This document shows positions 27,247-36,942 of a DNA stretch of 64,000 bases, piece by piece. The notes under the pieces were generated by a model, which did not search any database, was not told the DNA's origin, and saw nothing but the letters and a program-made list of their open reading frames with translations. Every line of letters starts with the position of its first letter. Position 1 is the stretch's first letter. The position numbers and the translations under genes were made by a program. Origin of the DNA: a virus (Duplodnaviria > Caudoviricetes); IMG/VR virus record IMGVR_UViG_3300012979_000002, positions 32,001 to 96,000 of that record; one strand, 5' to 3'.

Positions 27247-27264
27247 TCCTCTCTTTCTTTTTTT
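27229..27264 (+). terminator. Rho-independent terminator closing the cassette
   Basis: AAGAAAGAGGAT-GAATA-ATCCTCTCTTTCTT followed by a T-run, overlapping the stop codon. Confidence 0.8.
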
Positions 27265-27284
27265 GAGTAAAAGGCGTAAGTTTA

Positions 27285-27299
27285 TACTATATATTAGGG
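27285..27299 (+). promoter_or_regulatory. Putative late-promoter motif
   Basis: TACTATATATTAGGG upstream of the endolysin. Confidence 0.6.
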
Positions 27300-27326
27300 A
27301 AAGAAAAATCAAAGGAGGTATATGTT

Positions 27327-28520
27327 ATGGCAAAAATGACAGACAAAGAAAAGATTGCTCGCATTGAAAAGGCGCCAAAAGAAATGCAAACTATGGTAGC
27401 CAAAGCCTTTATTAGAGAGGACATTGACAATGAAAATATTCAGTTCCTATTTAATACTGACACAATCGAACAATTAAATGACCCTAACGAAGATAGTGGG
27501 GTAGAAAACATTAACGCTGAACAACCGCAAGGAATCGGAGCAGGTGAATTTTTCGTTAGAACTTACAAACCTAGTAACAACAAGAACTTTATAACTACTG
27601 GGTCTGGCGGATGGAACACTTGTATCAAGGGATATCCTATGGACGCTAACGCGAATGTATTGGCAAACTGTGTAGGGTATGCTAGTGGACGCTTCAATGA
27701 AATCATCAATGAAGCAAGAGGAACTACTGGATGCGCTTACAAAGGTTTAAACTGTAATGCAGAGTGGTTCATTGAAAGAGCAAACCAAGCTGGATTGAAA
27801 ACTGGTTCAACTCCAAGAGTTGGAGCTATCATGTGCTGGCAAAAAGGTACAGTAGATGGCGGAGGCGATGGAGCCGGACATGTTGCTATTGTTGAAAAAG
27901 TAAATAGTAATGGAACTGTTTATACATCAGAATCAGGTTATGGCTCAACAGCATTCTGGAACCAAACGAGAAGTAATTCTAATGGAAGATGGGGAAGCGG
28001 AAGTGGATACACATTTAGAGCTTTTATTTATTTACCTAGTGATGTTCAAAAGGTAGTAGATGGAGCAGTTAATCCACCAGCACCAACACCTACACCTGGA
28101 CCAAGTGGTAAGTTTGAAATTGGAAATAAAGTAGTCATTAATGGACCTTTATATTATACAGCAAACGATACAACACCAAATGGTTCAGTATCAAATAAAA
28201 TAACTACTATCACTCGCAAAGCAGTGGGGACAGCTCATCCTTATAATACTGAAGGAGATTTAGGATGGATGGATGAAAGTTCAATCACTCAATATGTTGA
28301 ACCTGCACCAGTACCTACTAAAACATTAGAGATAGGTAATACCGTTAAGATTGTAGGGACTGGAAACGGTAGTTCATATGGTACATCAAATACCGCTTAT
28401 GGTATCGGATGGACTAGACAAATTTTAGACATCTATGAGGGCAGACCTTACCCTTATAGAGTTGGTAATGCAACTGGTACTACAGGTTTTTATAAAGCCA
28501 GTTCGTTACAAAAACAATAG
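27327..28520 (+). CDS. Endolysin: CHAP domain plus two SH3-like cell-wall-binding domains
   Basis: NCVGYA (Cys), GHVAIVEKV (His), SESGY; Pro/Thr linker; two domains beginning FEIGNKV and LEIGNTV. Confidence 0.9.
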   Translation: MAKMTDKEKIARIEKAPKEMQTMVAKAFIREDIDNENIQFLFNTDTIEQLNDPNEDSGVENINAEQPQGIGAGEFFVRTYKPSNNKNFITTGSGGWNTCIKGYPMDANANVLANCVGYASGRFNEIINEARGTTGCAYKGLNCNAEWFIERANQAGLKTGSTPRVGAIMCWQKGTVDGGGDGAGHVAIVEKVNSNGTVYTSESGYGSTAFWNQTRSNSNGRWGSGSGYTFRAFIYLPSDVQKVVDGAVNPPAPTPTPGPSGKFEIGNKVVINGPLYYTANDTTPNGSVSNKITTITRKAVGTAHPYNTEGDLGWMDESSITQYVEPAPVPTKTLEIGNTVKIVGTGNGSSYGTSNTAYGIGWTRQILDIYEGRPYPYRVGNATGTTGFYKASSLQKQ

Positions 28521-28543
28521 ACTAGAAGAGGGAGGAATATTAA

Positions 28544-28849
28544 ATGATAACAGTTCAAGAAAAAACTGTCGATTTAACAAACTATAACTCTGAAGACCTA
28601 TTTATTAGCAAGGCAGACGGAGGCACTCTTTATATTCAATTAGAAGGAGATGCCTCTATTAACCTTACTGGTAAAAATTCAGAACTAGAAACTTATGTTA
28701 GCTTACCAGTAGTTAATATGAGTACATTTGTTAAAACAGACAACATTACATCAGCAGGGTTCTATATGTGTGTAATTGGTGGTTTAGACCAAATTAAAAT
28801 GGAAGCCAACGGTTCAGGGAAAATGCACTGGAAGGTTATGGGTGATTAA
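28544..28849 (+). CDS. Small beta-rich hypothetical protein
   Basis: GGAGG RBS; 101 aa. Confidence 0.65.
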   Translation: MITVQEKTVDLTNYNSEDLFISKADGGTLYIQLEGDASINLTGKNSELETYVSLPVVNMSTFVKTDNITSAGFYMCVIGGLDQIKMEANGSGKMHWKVMGD

Positions 28850-28851
28850 TC

Positions 28852-30096
28852 ATGGCAGTAGATGTATTTGCAAGAGCCCTTGCCGTGGCAGCTAGTGATG
28901 GAGCCAAAGTAGATTTAAGTAATTATTATACAAAAGAAGAAGTAGACAACAAAGGATTTGTTCCTACTTTTATGTGGGACGGTAGTAGTAGTGAAGACAA
29001 TCCTGACAACCTTCAACTATTTACTGATTTTTATAAAGCTTGGGAAGAATATAATGGAGAAGTTCATTTAATGGCTACGACTCCACATTCTCAAAACCCT
29101 GTTTATATGGCTTTGAGCGTTCAACGTGACTTGCCTCATGGAGGGAAAGACTATTTTTATTTTTCATCAACGACGGATTGGTGGAGTTCAGAAGACTGGG
29201 ATAGCGAAGAATGTCAATTCTATCAAAAGTCTGCTTCTGCCATTTTCAGAAATGGAGAGTGTATAGAAGTTTCTGAGCTAGGTGATTATGAACTTAACTT
29301 TAACTATTTATCAACTACAAGAGTATACGGTGGAGGAGATTACTACAGCCCAATTTCTGACGGAAGTCCAGTTTCTAAGGGGTATATGGTTGAGGTTTTA
29401 CAGGATGGAACATATTCTGTAAGTCCAGAACAATTAGAAGAAAAGTTTCAAACTTTAATAACAGAACCAATTCTTACCGTTGAGGAAACAGAAACAGACG
29501 AAATAGAGTTTGTTGCTTATGAACCTGAAGAAGGCGGAGAATATGATTTCGTTTATGAAGATAAATGGTGGGGTTCAGGGTATAGGTCTAACAACGGAGC
29601 ACATGATAACTCTTATGCTCTTGGAAAGTTTATACTTAATAACCCAACTGATAAAACTCTTAGATGTTCAATTGACTATGATTTAAGTTGCGCTGTTGGA
29701 GATACAGCGGTATTTTCAGAACTAGATACCGAAGTGGCAGCAAACAGCTGGAATGATTACACTAACGTTCGTAAAGTAATCACAGGAGAAACTTATACTT
29801 ATGGTTCAGTTACATACGATTTAACACCAGGAGAACACTTTATTACCTTTAAATATATGGTAGGCTGGAAAGACGAAGGTGAAGGCGAAGAAGATTCATT
29901 ACTTGTTTCTTATGGTTGGACACATGGAGTGGTTCAAGAACATCAATTAGCCACAGAACAATTTGTAAAAGATTATGTTGCAGCTAACGGTGGAGGAAGT
30001 GGTGAAAGTTATACTAGAGAAGAGATTGACGAAAAAATAGGAGACATCAATTCTATTTTAGCTACCATAGTAACTCCTACAGAAGAGGAGGCATAA
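28852..30096 (+). CDS. Acidic putative virion protein with a possible beta-sandwich domain
   Basis: VDLSNYYTKEEVD and YTREEIDEKI fibre-type motifs; SNNGAHDNSYA...GEHFITFKY. Confidence 0.55.
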   Translation: MAVDVFARALAVAASDGAKVDLSNYYTKEEVDNKGFVPTFMWDGSSSEDNPDNLQLFTDFYKAWEEYNGEVHLMATTPHSQNPVYMALSVQRDLPHGGKDYFYFSSTTDWWSSEDWDSEECQFYQKSASAIFRNGECIEVSELGDYELNFNYLSTTRVYGGGDYYSPISDGSPVSKGYMVEVLQDGTYSVSPEQLEEKFQTLITEPILTVEETETDEIEFVAYEPEEGGEYDFVYEDKWWGSGYRSNNGAHDNSYALGKFILNNPTDKTLRCSIDYDLSCAVGDTAVFSELDTEVAANSWNDYTNVRKVITGETYTYGSVTYDLTPGEHFITFKYMVGWKDEGEGEEDSLLVSYGWTHGVVQEHQLATEQFVKDYVAANGGGSGESYTREEIDEKIGDINSILATIVTPTEEEA

Positions 30097-30099
30097 AAT

Positions 30100-31353
30100 A
30101 TGGCTACCACAGAACAATACTTAAAAGAGATTATAAAACAAAAAGAAACGCTAGCGCAAACCCTAAAAGATAATGGTGTTGAGGCACAGAGCGAAGAGAC
30201 CTTTAATACACTAATACCAAAAACAAGTACTATCAGACCAGAGCCAGAGCAAGGTTTCATAGTTGAAGAATGGACTAAACAAACTAACTCTGGTTCGAAG
30301 GTACCTAAAATAATTAGAACTATAGGATACGAAGTATTACCAACCTTTGGTTTTGCTTGCATATCACCAGGTTTTGGAAGTCCTTGCGGATTTACTGGAG
30401 ATGTAACAGAGGTTTACTTAAATGAAGGATTAACAGATACAGGACGTTATGCCTTTTATTCATCTGCAGGAACTTCATCTGTTAATAGATTAAAAACAGT
30501 TCATTGGCCTTCTACCATTCAAAAGATAGGGTCTTATACTTTCTATAATAATGGTAAATTGGAAATGAGCGAATTACCTGAAACAATTACATCTATTGGT
30601 TCATATGCTTTTTACAACTGTGATAGCATTACTTTTAAAAATATACCAGATGCAGTTAATTCGATTGGTGACTATGCTTTATGCTCTTCAACAGGATTAA
30701 CAGAATTGACTTTGAATGTTGAGTCAGTTGGAGACTATGGGTTATATAACAATACTAATTTAACCACTCTCCATTTTAAGAAGCCAGTATCACTTGGGGC
30801 TAATGCTTTATATGGTAATTCCAAATTAACAAACTTAAACACTGAGAATATTATTACAGCAGGGTCTAACGCTTTTGCTAATGTACCATTAGAAGATTTT
30901 AAATTTGATAGTTGGGAAAGTACAATACCTAAATTAGCATTTTCTGATGTACCAACCCTAAAGATAAAAACTTTACCAGCACATATTACTGGTTTAAGAG
31001 ATGGTAGTTTTAGAAATGACAAGGGTATTACTCAATTGTCTTGTTATATTACCAACGCTTCTGATGGTTCTAGTTACTGGTATCCTTTTAGTGGATGTTC
31101 TAATATTAAGGCTTTGTATTTTGCTGCGCCTTGGGATACTCCAACACAAACTAGAAGTCGTTATATAGGTTCTGGTTGTACAGGATTAAAATATTTATAT
31201 ATTAATATGCCTAGGGCTGAAGTTGAAGCTATGTCTGGTTATAGTTATAAATTTGTTAACAAGGCAGCTCAAGAAGTTACAATCATATGTAATGATGACG
31301 CTGACTGGATAACTAAAGAAGAGTTCGATGCTATAGATTGGACTACTAGATAG
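30100..31353 (+). CDS. BspA-type leucine-rich-repeat (LRR_5) protein
   Basis: Repeats of P.TITSIGSYAFYNC type; N-terminal KQKETLAQTLKDNGV...ETFNTLIPK anchor-like segment. Confidence 0.85.
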   Translation: MATTEQYLKEIIKQKETLAQTLKDNGVEAQSEETFNTLIPKTSTIRPEPEQGFIVEEWTKQTNSGSKVPKIIRTIGYEVLPTFGFACISPGFGSPCGFTGDVTEVYLNEGLTDTGRYAFYSSAGTSSVNRLKTVHWPSTIQKIGSYTFYNNGKLEMSELPETITSIGSYAFYNCDSITFKNIPDAVNSIGDYALCSSTGLTELTLNVESVGDYGLYNNTNLTTLHFKKPVSLGANALYGNSKLTNLNTENIITAGSNAFANVPLEDFKFDSWESTIPKLAFSDVPTLKIKTLPAHITGLRDGSFRNDKGITQLSCYITNASDGSSYWYPFSGCSNIKALYFAAPWDTPTQTRSRYIGSGCTGLKYLYINMPRAEVEAMSGYSYKFVNKAAQEVTIICNDDADWITKEEFDAIDWTTR

Positions 31354-31365
31354 GAGGTATAAAAC

Positions 31366-31785
31366 ATGTTAGATGCTATATTAACAACTTTAAAAATTAT
31401 GGGTTGGTTAGGTGTTGTATTAGCACTTGTAGTAATAGTAAATACAGTATGCGGTACAGTATTTAACATCAGCTCTAAGAAAGAAAATTTCTGCTGGAAA
31501 AGATTATTAAAAGGTTTAGGAAAGTCATTAGTTTTTTATATAAGCGCTACCTTAATGGGAGTTGCTTGTACAATGCTACCTTACATTAATGAAATGATTA
31601 CTAAAGCTTTCGGTACAGTACTACTTTCAAATGATATTTTAACTACACTGTCTAGTGTAGGAGTTTTAGGTGTGGTAGTAGCTGCTATCGTATCGCTAGG
31701 TAAAAAAGCTATCGCAAATGTGGTAAAGTTAGCAAACATGGCTTACGAAACAGAAGAAATTACTTGGAAAGTAGAAGAAGAATAA
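31366..31785 (+). CDS. Probable holin (three hydrophobic segments)
   Basis: 139 aa; three hydrophobic stretches; FCWKRLLKGLGK; charged C-terminus. Confidence 0.7.
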   Translation: MLDAILTTLKIMGWLGVVLALVVIVNTVCGTVFNISSKKENFCWKRLLKGLGKSLVFYISATLMGVACTMLPYINEMITKAFGTVLLSNDILTTLSSVGVLGVVVAAIVSLGKKAIANVVKLANMAYETEEITWKVEEE

Positions 31786-31803
31786 AAATTAGGAGGCACA
31801 AGA

Positions 31804-32676
31804 ATGGGCATTTATAAGAGAGTAAATAAAACTTGTGGGAACCCAGGAGACTTGTATGCCAATGTAAGAGAAGATAGTAATAAGGCTACTGTTCATACGC
31901 CTTATGGTACTAGAGTATATCAAAAAGTATCAAAAGACCAAATGGACGAAGACTTATTAATGAAAATAAAATCTAACCCAAATCTATCAATGGCGGAGTT
32001 AATGCCGTTCATTGATGCTTTGGGAGATTATATTTTCTTAACAAACAAGCCTAAAATTAATGGTGTTGTTTTAGAAGGAGATAAAAGCACAGAGGATTTA
32101 AAAATCTACAGTAAGGTCGGTGCTGACATTGTAACCTTTACCGATGGAGAAACATTACAAGAAAAATATGACAATGGTAGTTTCGGTAATGGGGCCAATG
32201 ATTATGCCAAATTAAACAACAAACCTACAATCAATGGCATTGTATTAAATGGAGATTTAACTGCTGCGAGTCTAGGTATCATTGATGATACCGCTCCTTC
32301 AACTCAAGGTACTTGGTCATCTGCTTATATTAAACAGCAAATTGATACTGCCCCAGCGGTTATTACTTCAATAAGCGGCACTGATGAAAAGCCTATCATT
32401 GCTGCGGACTTGCTTTTAGGCTCATATGTTATATCTGGAAAGATACAATCAAGTCAAAATAATGTGACCACAATCAGAGTATCAAAACCAAGACAATATA
32501 TAGTAAATAGAGATGTAGAAGGTACTACTGTGTTATGGGAACAAAACCCATTCGCAGCATCACAATACTATATAGTATTTTACCACGAAGGTCCAGACGC
32601 ACCACAGGAGAAGACCATAGACGTGGTAACTAAGGCTGACTTAGAACAAGCTAAATTAGACTGTGGTAATTTCTAA
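31804..32676 (+). CDS. Putative structural protein with duplicated NKPxING motif
   Basis: LTNKPKINGVVLEGDKS and LNNKPTINGIVLNGDLT; C-terminal LDCGNF. Confidence 0.55.
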   Translation: MGIYKRVNKTCGNPGDLYANVREDSNKATVHTPYGTRVYQKVSKDQMDEDLLMKIKSNPNLSMAELMPFIDALGDYIFLTNKPKINGVVLEGDKSTEDLKIYSKVGADIVTFTDGETLQEKYDNGSFGNGANDYAKLNNKPTINGIVLNGDLTAASLGIIDDTAPSTQGTWSSAYIKQQIDTAPAVITSISGTDEKPIIAADLLLGSYVISGKIQSSQNNVTTIRVSKPRQYIVNRDVEGTTVLWEQNPFAASQYYIVFYHEGPDAPQEKTIDVVTKADLEQAKLDCGNF

Positions 32677-32695
32677 TTAAAGGAGGAAAATAAAA

Positions 32696-34372
32696 ATGGC
32701 AAATATTATTAAAATTAAAAGAGGGCTAGAGGCCAACTTAGCAAATTTAACCTTACAACCAGGTGAATTAGGAGTAACATTAGACACTCAAAAATTATAT
32801 GTTGGTGATGCCAATGGAGTTAAACAATTAATTAAAGGTGCCGCTGCTGGTGTAGTAGAAGCTGCTGATAAATTATCAACAGAAAGAACTATTGCTATTA
32901 GTGGTGACGCTACAGGTAGCGCTTTATTTGATGGTTCAAAAGATGCTACAATCGCTTTAACATTAGCTACTAGCGGAGTTGCTGCTGGAACTTACAATAA
33001 CGTAACAGTTAATGCTAAAGGTTTAATCACTAGTGCTACTAACGTAGTTTACAAAGTTGAAGACATTCAAGGATTACAAGACGCATTAAACTTAAAAGCT
33101 AATGCAGCTGACGTTTACAAAACTACTGAAACTTACAGCAAAACTGAAGTAGATGCTAAAATCGATGCTAAAGATTCATTACCTAGCCAAGAAAATAACG
33201 CAGGTAAATTCTTACAAACTGACGGAAGCAAAGCATCTTGGGCTACAGTAGACTTAAGTTCTAAAGCTGACGTAACTGCTGTAAATGAATTAGCAAACAC
33301 AGTTGCTACAAAAGCAAACGCTGCTGATGTTTATACACAAACTCAAGTTAATGATTTATTATCACCAATCAATGCAAGTTTAGCAGACAAAGCTAACGCT
33401 GACGATGTATACACTCAAGCAGAAGTTAATACATTATTAAATGGTAAAGTAGATAACGAAGACATCTATTCTAAAACTCAAATCGATTCTATGGTTGGAG
33501 AAAAAGCTAACTCAGCTACAACTTTAGGTGGATACGGAATCACTGATGCTTATACTCAAACTCAAATTGAAGAAAAATTAGAAACAAAAGCTAATAAATC
33601 AGATGTTGATACAGCATTAGCTACAAAAGCTGCAGCTAGTACAGTAGAAACTTTATCTACTAATGTAAGTACATTAGATAGTAATAAAGCTGACAAAGCA
33701 GAAAGCTTAGAAGGATATGGAATCAAAGACGCATATACTAAAACAGAAGTTGACGGTATGGTTGCTGGAACATTCCACTTCAAAGGTGAAAAAGATTCTT
33801 TAGAAGAACTTAACGCTTTAACAGGAATGAAAGAAGGAGACGTTTACCAAGTTAAGGACAAAGAATATGCTTACAATGGTAAAAGCTGGGTTGAATTAGG
33901 TTTCAACATTGATTTAAGTGCTTATGCTACAACAGCTGGAGTTGCTGAAACATATGCTACTAAATCATCTGTAAACACTGAATTAGCTAAAAAAGCTAAC
34001 AGCGCTGATGTATATACTAAGGGAGAAGTTGATGGACAAGTTGAAACTATCAATGCTAACATCAATTTAAAAGCTAATAGTGCTGATGTATATACTTCAA
34101 CTACAGTAGATACTAAATTAGCTAACAAAGCTGACAAAGCTACTGATTTAGCTGGATATGGTATCACAAATGCTTACACTAAAACAGAAACAGATAACTT
34201 ATTAAAAGGAAAGGCTGACAGCGCTACTACATTAGCTGGTTATGGAATTACTAACGCTTACACTAAAACAGACATCGATGGTAAGTTTACAACAGTTAAT
34301 AACAACATTAATGCTAAATTAGACGCTAACAGCGTTATAGATGGAGGAGAATTCGGCGCTACAGCTGAATAG
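32696..34372 (+). CDS. Repetitive tail fibre shaft (Mtd-N/hyaluronidase-like N-terminus)
   Basis: MANIIKIKRG...GELGVTLDTQKLYVGD; repeats of KANSADVYTK and TLAGYGITDAYTK type; ends IDGGEF. Confidence 0.8.
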   Translation: MANIIKIKRGLEANLANLTLQPGELGVTLDTQKLYVGDANGVKQLIKGAAAGVVEAADKLSTERTIAISGDATGSALFDGSKDATIALTLATSGVAAGTYNNVTVNAKGLITSATNVVYKVEDIQGLQDALNLKANAADVYKTTETYSKTEVDAKIDAKDSLPSQENNAGKFLQTDGSKASWATVDLSSKADVTAVNELANTVATKANAADVYTQTQVNDLLSPINASLADKANADDVYTQAEVNTLLNGKVDNEDIYSKTQIDSMVGEKANSATTLGGYGITDAYTQTQIEEKLETKANKSDVDTALATKAAASTVETLSTNVSTLDSNKADKAESLEGYGIKDAYTKTEVDGMVAGTFHFKGEKDSLEELNALTGMKEGDVYQVKDKEYAYNGKSWVELGFNIDLSAYATTAGVAETYATKSSVNTELAKKANSADVYTKGEVDGQVETINANINLKANSADVYTSTTVDTKLANKADKATDLAGYGITNAYTKTETDNLLKGKADSATTLAGYGITNAYTKTDIDGKFTTVNNNINAKLDANSVIDGGEFGATAE

Positions 34373-34387
34373 TCCTCCCCTTTTTTT
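34343..34387 (+). terminator. Terminator hairpin overlapping the gene end
   Basis: GGAGGA..ATTCGGC-GCTACA-GCTGAAT..TCCTCC followed by T7. Confidence 0.65.
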
Positions 34388-34412
34388 ATTACAAAATTAA
34401 GGAGGGACAAAG

Positions 34413-35093
34413 ATGTCAAACATAATTAAATTAAAAAGAGGGTTATCTTCTGACATCGACACCCTTACCCTTGAACGTGGGGAATTGGCATTAACAACCG
34501 ATACGAATGAAATTCTATCGGTTAACGATGCCGGTGTTATTGAAAGTATAACTCCTCATCTATTAGACAACAATAAAATTAAAGAACAATACTTACCAGA
34601 GTTTAGCAAAGAAAATACAACTTACACCTTAACAAAAAATGGTAACACTATTGCTCTTACAGGTAGCGATGGTTCTAGTTCTACTATAAAGGACAGTGAC
34701 ACTATACCTACCGTTGATAACAAACTAAGTGGCACTTCTACAAATGCCATACAAAATAAAGTAGTATATGAAACAATTAATAGCCTACCAAAAATATATA
34801 TGGGAGAAGACGAACCGACTGACCTAAGCGTATTGATATGGATAGACACGGCAGATAAAGTATTAATTACCTTCACGGTACATAGTGAAACTTTTACGGC
34901 TGAGGAAAATATGACTTGGGGTGAATGGATAGCCTCTGATTATAATCCATACTTAGGCGACAGCATGGGATTCATGGATAGCGGAATCGTATATTATGCG
35001 ACAGGATTAATCCAATTACAGGGTAGTGGTGTAGCCGTACGCTCAGAGCATATCATTGAGCCTAATGGCGTATATACAGGTATGGCTTTCTAG
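34413..35093 (+). CDS. Short fibre-type protein (Mtd-N-like N-terminus)
   Basis: MSNIIKLKRG...GELALTTDT; STNAIQNKVV; IYMGEDEPTDLSVLIWIDT. Confidence 0.7.
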   Translation: MSNIIKLKRGLSSDIDTLTLERGELALTTDTNEILSVNDAGVIESITPHLLDNNKIKEQYLPEFSKENTTYTLTKNGNTIALTGSDGSSSTIKDSDTIPTVDNKLSGTSTNAIQNKVVYETINSLPKIYMGEDEPTDLSVLIWIDTADKVLITFTVHSETFTAEENMTWGEWIASDYNPYLGDSMGFMDSGIVYYATGLIQLQGSGVAVRSEHIIEPNGVYTGMAF

Positions 35094-35103
35094 GAGGTAA
35101 ATA

Positions 35104-36930
35104 ATGTCAAAATTAAAAATTAGAAATACAGACAATACTTTTTCAGAAGTGGCAACTGTCGATTATGTTGACGAAAAGATAACAGAAGCTGGAGCTGGAG
35201 TTACTTATTCTTTAAGCAAGACAGGTTCAACAATTAAGTTAACAGGGTCTGATGGTTCAACCAGTACGGTAACCGATTCAAATACTACTTATTCAACAGG
35301 GAATGCTAGTTCTGCAGGTTTAACAAAATTATATACTGGCACTGGTACTAATACCGATGGGTCTATGACTCAAAATGCCATCAAGTCTGCGCTAGATGGC
35401 AAGGTGCCTACAACTCGTACGGTTAATGGCAAAGCCTTAAGTAGCAATATTACTTTAGGCGCTGCAGATGTTGGAGCAGACGCTAGTGGTGCGGCCAATA
35501 CTGCATTAACTAACGCTAAGTCATATACTGATACTCAAATAGCTGCTCTAATTAACAGCGCTCCTACTACCCTAGACACTTTAGGGGAAATAGCTAGTGC
35601 CATGTCTGATAACATGGAGGTTGTAGAAGCACTAGAAGCATCAATTGGTAACAAAGCAGATAAAAGTGCAATCCCTACAAAAACATCTCAATTAACAAAC
35701 GACAGCGGTTTCAAGACCACTGATAATAATACCACTTATACAATTTCAAAAAGCGGTTCTACAATTACTTTAACTGGTAGTGATGGAAAGACTAGTACGG
35801 TAACAGATTCTGATACCAATACTACATATAGCGAAGCTACCACTTCTGCTGCGGGGCTAATGTCAGCTGCAGACAAGACTAAATTAAACGGAATAGCGAC
35901 AGGAGCAAATAAAATTACAGTTGACACAGCACTTAGCTCTACGTCTACCAATCCAGTACAAAACAAGGTAATCAATACCGCTTTAGCAGGTAAGGCAAAC
36001 ACTTCGGCAATCCCTACTAAGACTTCACAATTGACAAATGATAGTGGATTTAAAACCACAGACAATAATACAACTTACTCTTTATCTAAATCAGGTTCAA
36101 CCATAACGTTGACCGGTAGTGATGGTTCAACTACATCTGTAACAGATGCAGATACGAATACAACATATTCGGCTGCTACCACAAGTGCTAATGGGCTAAT
36201 GACTTCAACTATGGTTACTAAACTTAATGGAATAGCAACCGGTGCAAACAATTATTCCCATCCAACAACAAGTGGAAATAAACACATACCTTCAGGTGGT
36301 TCATCAGGGCAAATCTTAAGATGGTCAGCAGATGGAACAGCTACATGGGGAGCAGACAATAATACAACCTACAGTGCGGCTACTACAAGTGCTAATGGAT
36401 TAATGACTAGCGCAATGGTAACTAAACTAAACGGTATCGCCGCAGGGGCTCAAGTTAATAATGTTGTTGTAGCAACATCTGCGCCAACAGCATCAACGGC
36501 TCAAGTGTGGATAAACCCTAATGGACAAACATCTATTAGTAATTTACAATCTCAAATCGATGCCTTGTCAGCAAAATTACCAACAACCATTTTTGATGGA
36601 ACTCTTCAAGGAGGTCAATCAGTTACTCTATCTGGAGTTAAAAGATACATTGAAGTCCATTTTGCTATTGAATTCGGTATGATACAAACTGGAGTTGCAA
36701 TACTGGATACAGCTGAAACTTCTGCAGATAATGTGTTTGGTTCTGTAGTATGGTCTCCTATGGACGAAAGTACAATTAACTCTTTTTATGTATGTGAATG
36801 CTACTACCAAAAAAGTACAAAAAAATTATACCACAAAAGAACTGGATATATAGGTTTCCCAAGCGGAAGTTGGACAGATAGAAATGCTAGAGATGGGTAT
36901 AGAGTATATTTGGTAAGAACATACGATTAG
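35104..36930 (+). CDS. Tail fibre protein (modular Thr/Ser-rich repeats)
   Basis: GLMSAADKTKLNGIATGA, APTTLDTLGEIA, STNPVQNKVI, SKSGSTITLTGSDG modules. Confidence 0.85.
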   Translation: MSKLKIRNTDNTFSEVATVDYVDEKITEAGAGVTYSLSKTGSTIKLTGSDGSTSTVTDSNTTYSTGNASSAGLTKLYTGTGTNTDGSMTQNAIKSALDGKVPTTRTVNGKALSSNITLGAADVGADASGAANTALTNAKSYTDTQIAALINSAPTTLDTLGEIASAMSDNMEVVEALEASIGNKADKSAIPTKTSQLTNDSGFKTTDNNTTYTISKSGSTITLTGSDGKTSTVTDSDTNTTYSEATTSAAGLMSAADKTKLNGIATGANKITVDTALSSTSTNPVQNKVINTALAGKANTSAIPTKTSQLTNDSGFKTTDNNTTYSLSKSGSTITLTGSDGSTTSVTDADTNTTYSAATTSANGLMTSTMVTKLNGIATGANNYSHPTTSGNKHIPSGGSSGQILRWSADGTATWGADNNTTYSAATTSANGLMTSAMVTKLNGIAAGAQVNNVVVATSAPTASTAQVWINPNGQTSISNLQSQIDALSAKLPTTIFDGTLQGGQSVTLSGVKRYIEVHFAIEFGMIQTGVAILDTAETSADNVFGSVVWSPMDESTINSFYVCECYYQKSTKKLYHKRTGYIGFPSGSWTDRNARDGYRVYLVRTYD

Positions 36931-36942
36931 GAGGTTTTATAA

